From: an uncultured bacterium
GTDB lineage: Bacteria; CALINM01
Direction of reading: 5' to 3'
Length of the DNA: 49,604 bases
Assembly: GCA_938045315.1 (NCBI GenBank)
Contig: CALINM010000012.1
Coordinates: 1-49,604, forward strand
This document shows positions 49,384 to 49,604 of the stretch, piece after piece. A program made the translations under genes and the position numbers. Position 1 is the first letter of the stretch, and each line of letters opens with the position of its first letter. The notes beneath the pieces were generated by a model, which had not been told where the DNA came from, ran no database searches, and saw only the letters and a program-made list of their open reading frames with translations.

Positions 49384-49604
49384 AAAAGAACCACTGGGCA
49401 GGGGCCTATCTGCACTAATAGACGCAGAGGGAATTAATGAAATACTTGAAATTGAGATAGATAAAATTCAGCCAAATCCCTACCAGCCAAGGAAACAATT
49501 TAATCAAGAAAGGTTAAACGAACTGGTACAATCAATAAAAACTCAGGGAATAATACAACCTGTTGTACTAACCAGGGGAGATAATGATAATAAATATACC
49601 TTGG
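49376..49604 (+). CDS. parB: ParB/Spo0J (partial, runs off the window)
   Basis: Hand translation: MSKKEPLGRGLSALI...I.PNPYQPRKQF...L.EL..SIK.QGIIQP. Confidence 0.95.
   Translation, partial: MSKKEPLGRGLSALIDAEGINEILEIEIDKIQPNPYQPRKQFNQERLNELVQSIKTQGIIQPVVLTRGDNDNKYTL

Overview
The window has two parts. (1) Bases 1 to about 17,693 are the late half of a transposable (Mu-like) myoviral prophage. A leftward operon carries the Mu gp28-type large terminase (truncated by the window edge), a DUF1804-type small terminase and two small genes. A rightward operon carries a Mu gpI-type protease/scaffold, an N4-gp56-like capsid, gp36, a holin plus GH24 lysozyme, gp37, and a P2-like contractile tail and baseplate with a split tail-fibre module. 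The prophage ends in three copies of a 22-bp repeat, two of them tandem, resembling transposase-binding sites. Between them sits a roughly 135-bp fragment resembling the C-terminus of a diversity-generating retroelement (DGR) reverse transcriptase. The insertion appears to truncate a small host gene downstream of uvrD/pcrA. (2) Bases from about 17,694 to 49,604 are AT-rich host chromosome next to the replication origin: uvrD/pcrA, an HDAC-family deacetylase, a disrupted diguanylate cyclase, prs-rplY-pth-ychF, a MacAB-type ABC exporter, a hybrid histidine kinase, purH, trmFO, a LonC-like protease, gyrB-recF-dnaN-oriC-dnaA, and rpmH-rnpA-yidD-yidC-mnmE-parS-rsmG-parA-parB. The host looks Desulfobacterota- or Nitrospirota-like, which is inference only. 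No intact novel system is demonstrable from the sequence alone. The best leads are the DGR-RT fossil in the phage end, three related winged-helix genes inserted in the tail operon, a DUF6582-like insert in the prohead protease, a phased gyrase-site-like segment, a -1 tail-chaperone frameshift, an apparent ATC start for uvrD, and several candidate leaderless host genes. All family assignments come from motif recognition by eye; no searches were run.
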